In this document: positions 63,630 to 64,000 of the stretch, piece after piece
Position numbering within the stretch: the stretch's first letter is position 1
Layout: every line of letters starts with the position of its first letter
Source of the DNA: Bacteroidales bacterium
GTDB taxonomy: Bacteria; Bacteroidota; Bacteroidia; Bacteroidales; WCHB1-69
Assembly (NCBI GenBank): GCA_045627805.1
Contig: JAZQOJ010000201.1
Location: 59,467-123,466 of the forward strand
Direction of reading: 5' to 3'
Length of the DNA stretch: 64,000 bases
Translations under genes and position numbers: made by a program
The notes under the pieces: model-generated
Databases searched by the model: none
Seen by the model: only the letters and a program-made list of their open reading frames with translations
What the model was told of the DNA's origin: nothing

Positions 63630-64000
63630 CTAAAAATCCGGAGCGTTGTTGTAAATGGTTTCTATTAGTTTCTCGTCCGCGTGGTTGGCATAACGTGTGG
63701 TCATAGATAGGTCGTGGTGGTCGGCGTGCTGCATCACCGTGAGCGGATCAACGCCTGACTTCAACATATTGTTTATACCGGTATCTCTGAAAGAATAAAG
63801 CTGCATTTCCTTTGGGAGTTTCAGCGCGCTTCTAACCTTTTCCCACTCTTTGCGGAAACGGGCCTGTCCGCAGGGCGTTTTTGCCGGCAGCAAGTCCTCT
63901 CCGAACAAATAGTAGCTTGCCGGGTATCGCTCGATATGCAGCGAACTCAAGTTCTCATAGAGCTGTTCATTCATCGCAGAGAACCTCTCGTTATGCGTCT
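63630..64000 (-). CDS. Tyrosine recombinase/integrase, C-terminal part (N-terminus beyond the window)
   Basis: The reading frame stays open upstream of the track's Met to base 64000. The C-terminal catalytic region is LYSFRDTGINNML...HADHHDLSMTTRYANH (Arg, His and Tyr of the R-H-R-Y set). Confidence 0.8.
   Translation of the reverse strand, partial: THNERFSAMNEQLYENLSSLHIERYPASYYLFGEDLLPAKTPCGQARFRKEWEKVRSALKLPKEMQLYSFRDTGINNMLKSGVDPLTVMQHADHHDLSMTTRYANHADEKLIETIYNNAPDF

Larger units (their letters stand above)
40113..64000. mobile_element. Integrated virus-like element (at least 23.9 kb; right end with the rest of the integrase and presumably the intact tRNA lies beyond the window)
   Basis: The left edge abuts a tRNA 3' fragment and a tyrosine recombinase sits at the right edge. 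In between are a repressor/cro switch, primase-helicase, TA pair, iterons, a small ATPase, many small membrane proteins and PG hydrolases. Nearly all genes are co-oriented. Confidence 0.8.

Noticed and set aside
40113-64000. An integrative conjugative or mobilisable element.
   Set aside because: I recognise no relaxase, coupling protein, VirB4/TraG-size ATPase or Tra gene set. The largest ORF apart from the primase-helicase is 350 aa.

Overview
The window looks like a Bacteroidota (Bacteroidales-type) chromosome. Supporting signs are recurrent TAnnTTTG -7 promoter boxes, a T9SS C-terminal sorting domain and a DUF4248-like gene. All calls come from reading motifs by eye; no searches were run.

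Layout:
(1) 1-7.6 kb is a housekeeping block: LptF/G permease, GT4 glycosyltransferase, dxs, a lipoprotein, glutamine synthetase and a small membrane protein.
(2) 8.0-34.3 kb holds one uninterrupted 24.6-kb ORF (8,199 aa). It has a Sec signal peptide, roughly 80-90 Cys-bracketed Ig-like modules (about 20 three-module super-repeats, some recently duplicated) and a T9SS sorting domain. It is followed, without an obvious promoter, by a beta-barrel/OmpA-C protein.
(3) 34.4-40.1 kb carries a minimal orphan histidine kinase, topA and dpp4.
(4) From 40.1 kb to the window end there is an integrated element of about 24-25 kb. It is bounded on the left by a 28-nt tRNA 3'-end fragment and on the right by a tyrosine integrase that runs off the window.

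The element is the most unusual part. It has a CI/Cro-like switch, a Toprim/P-loop primase-helicase, a YafQ-type toxin-antitoxin pair, and two mutually inverted clusters of TTGTAAC iterons bracketing about 17 kb. It also carries a small Zot-like P-loop ATPase, a beta-rich 206-aa protein followed by the strongest terminator, about 17 single-pass membrane proteins, several peptidoglycan-directed proteins, and several internal gene duplications. I see no ORF large enough or similar enough to be a terminase, portal, HK97-type capsid or tail protein. I interpret it as a candidate tailless, membrane-associated or filamentous-like virus-like element of a kind I cannot assign to a known family. That interpretation is inference.
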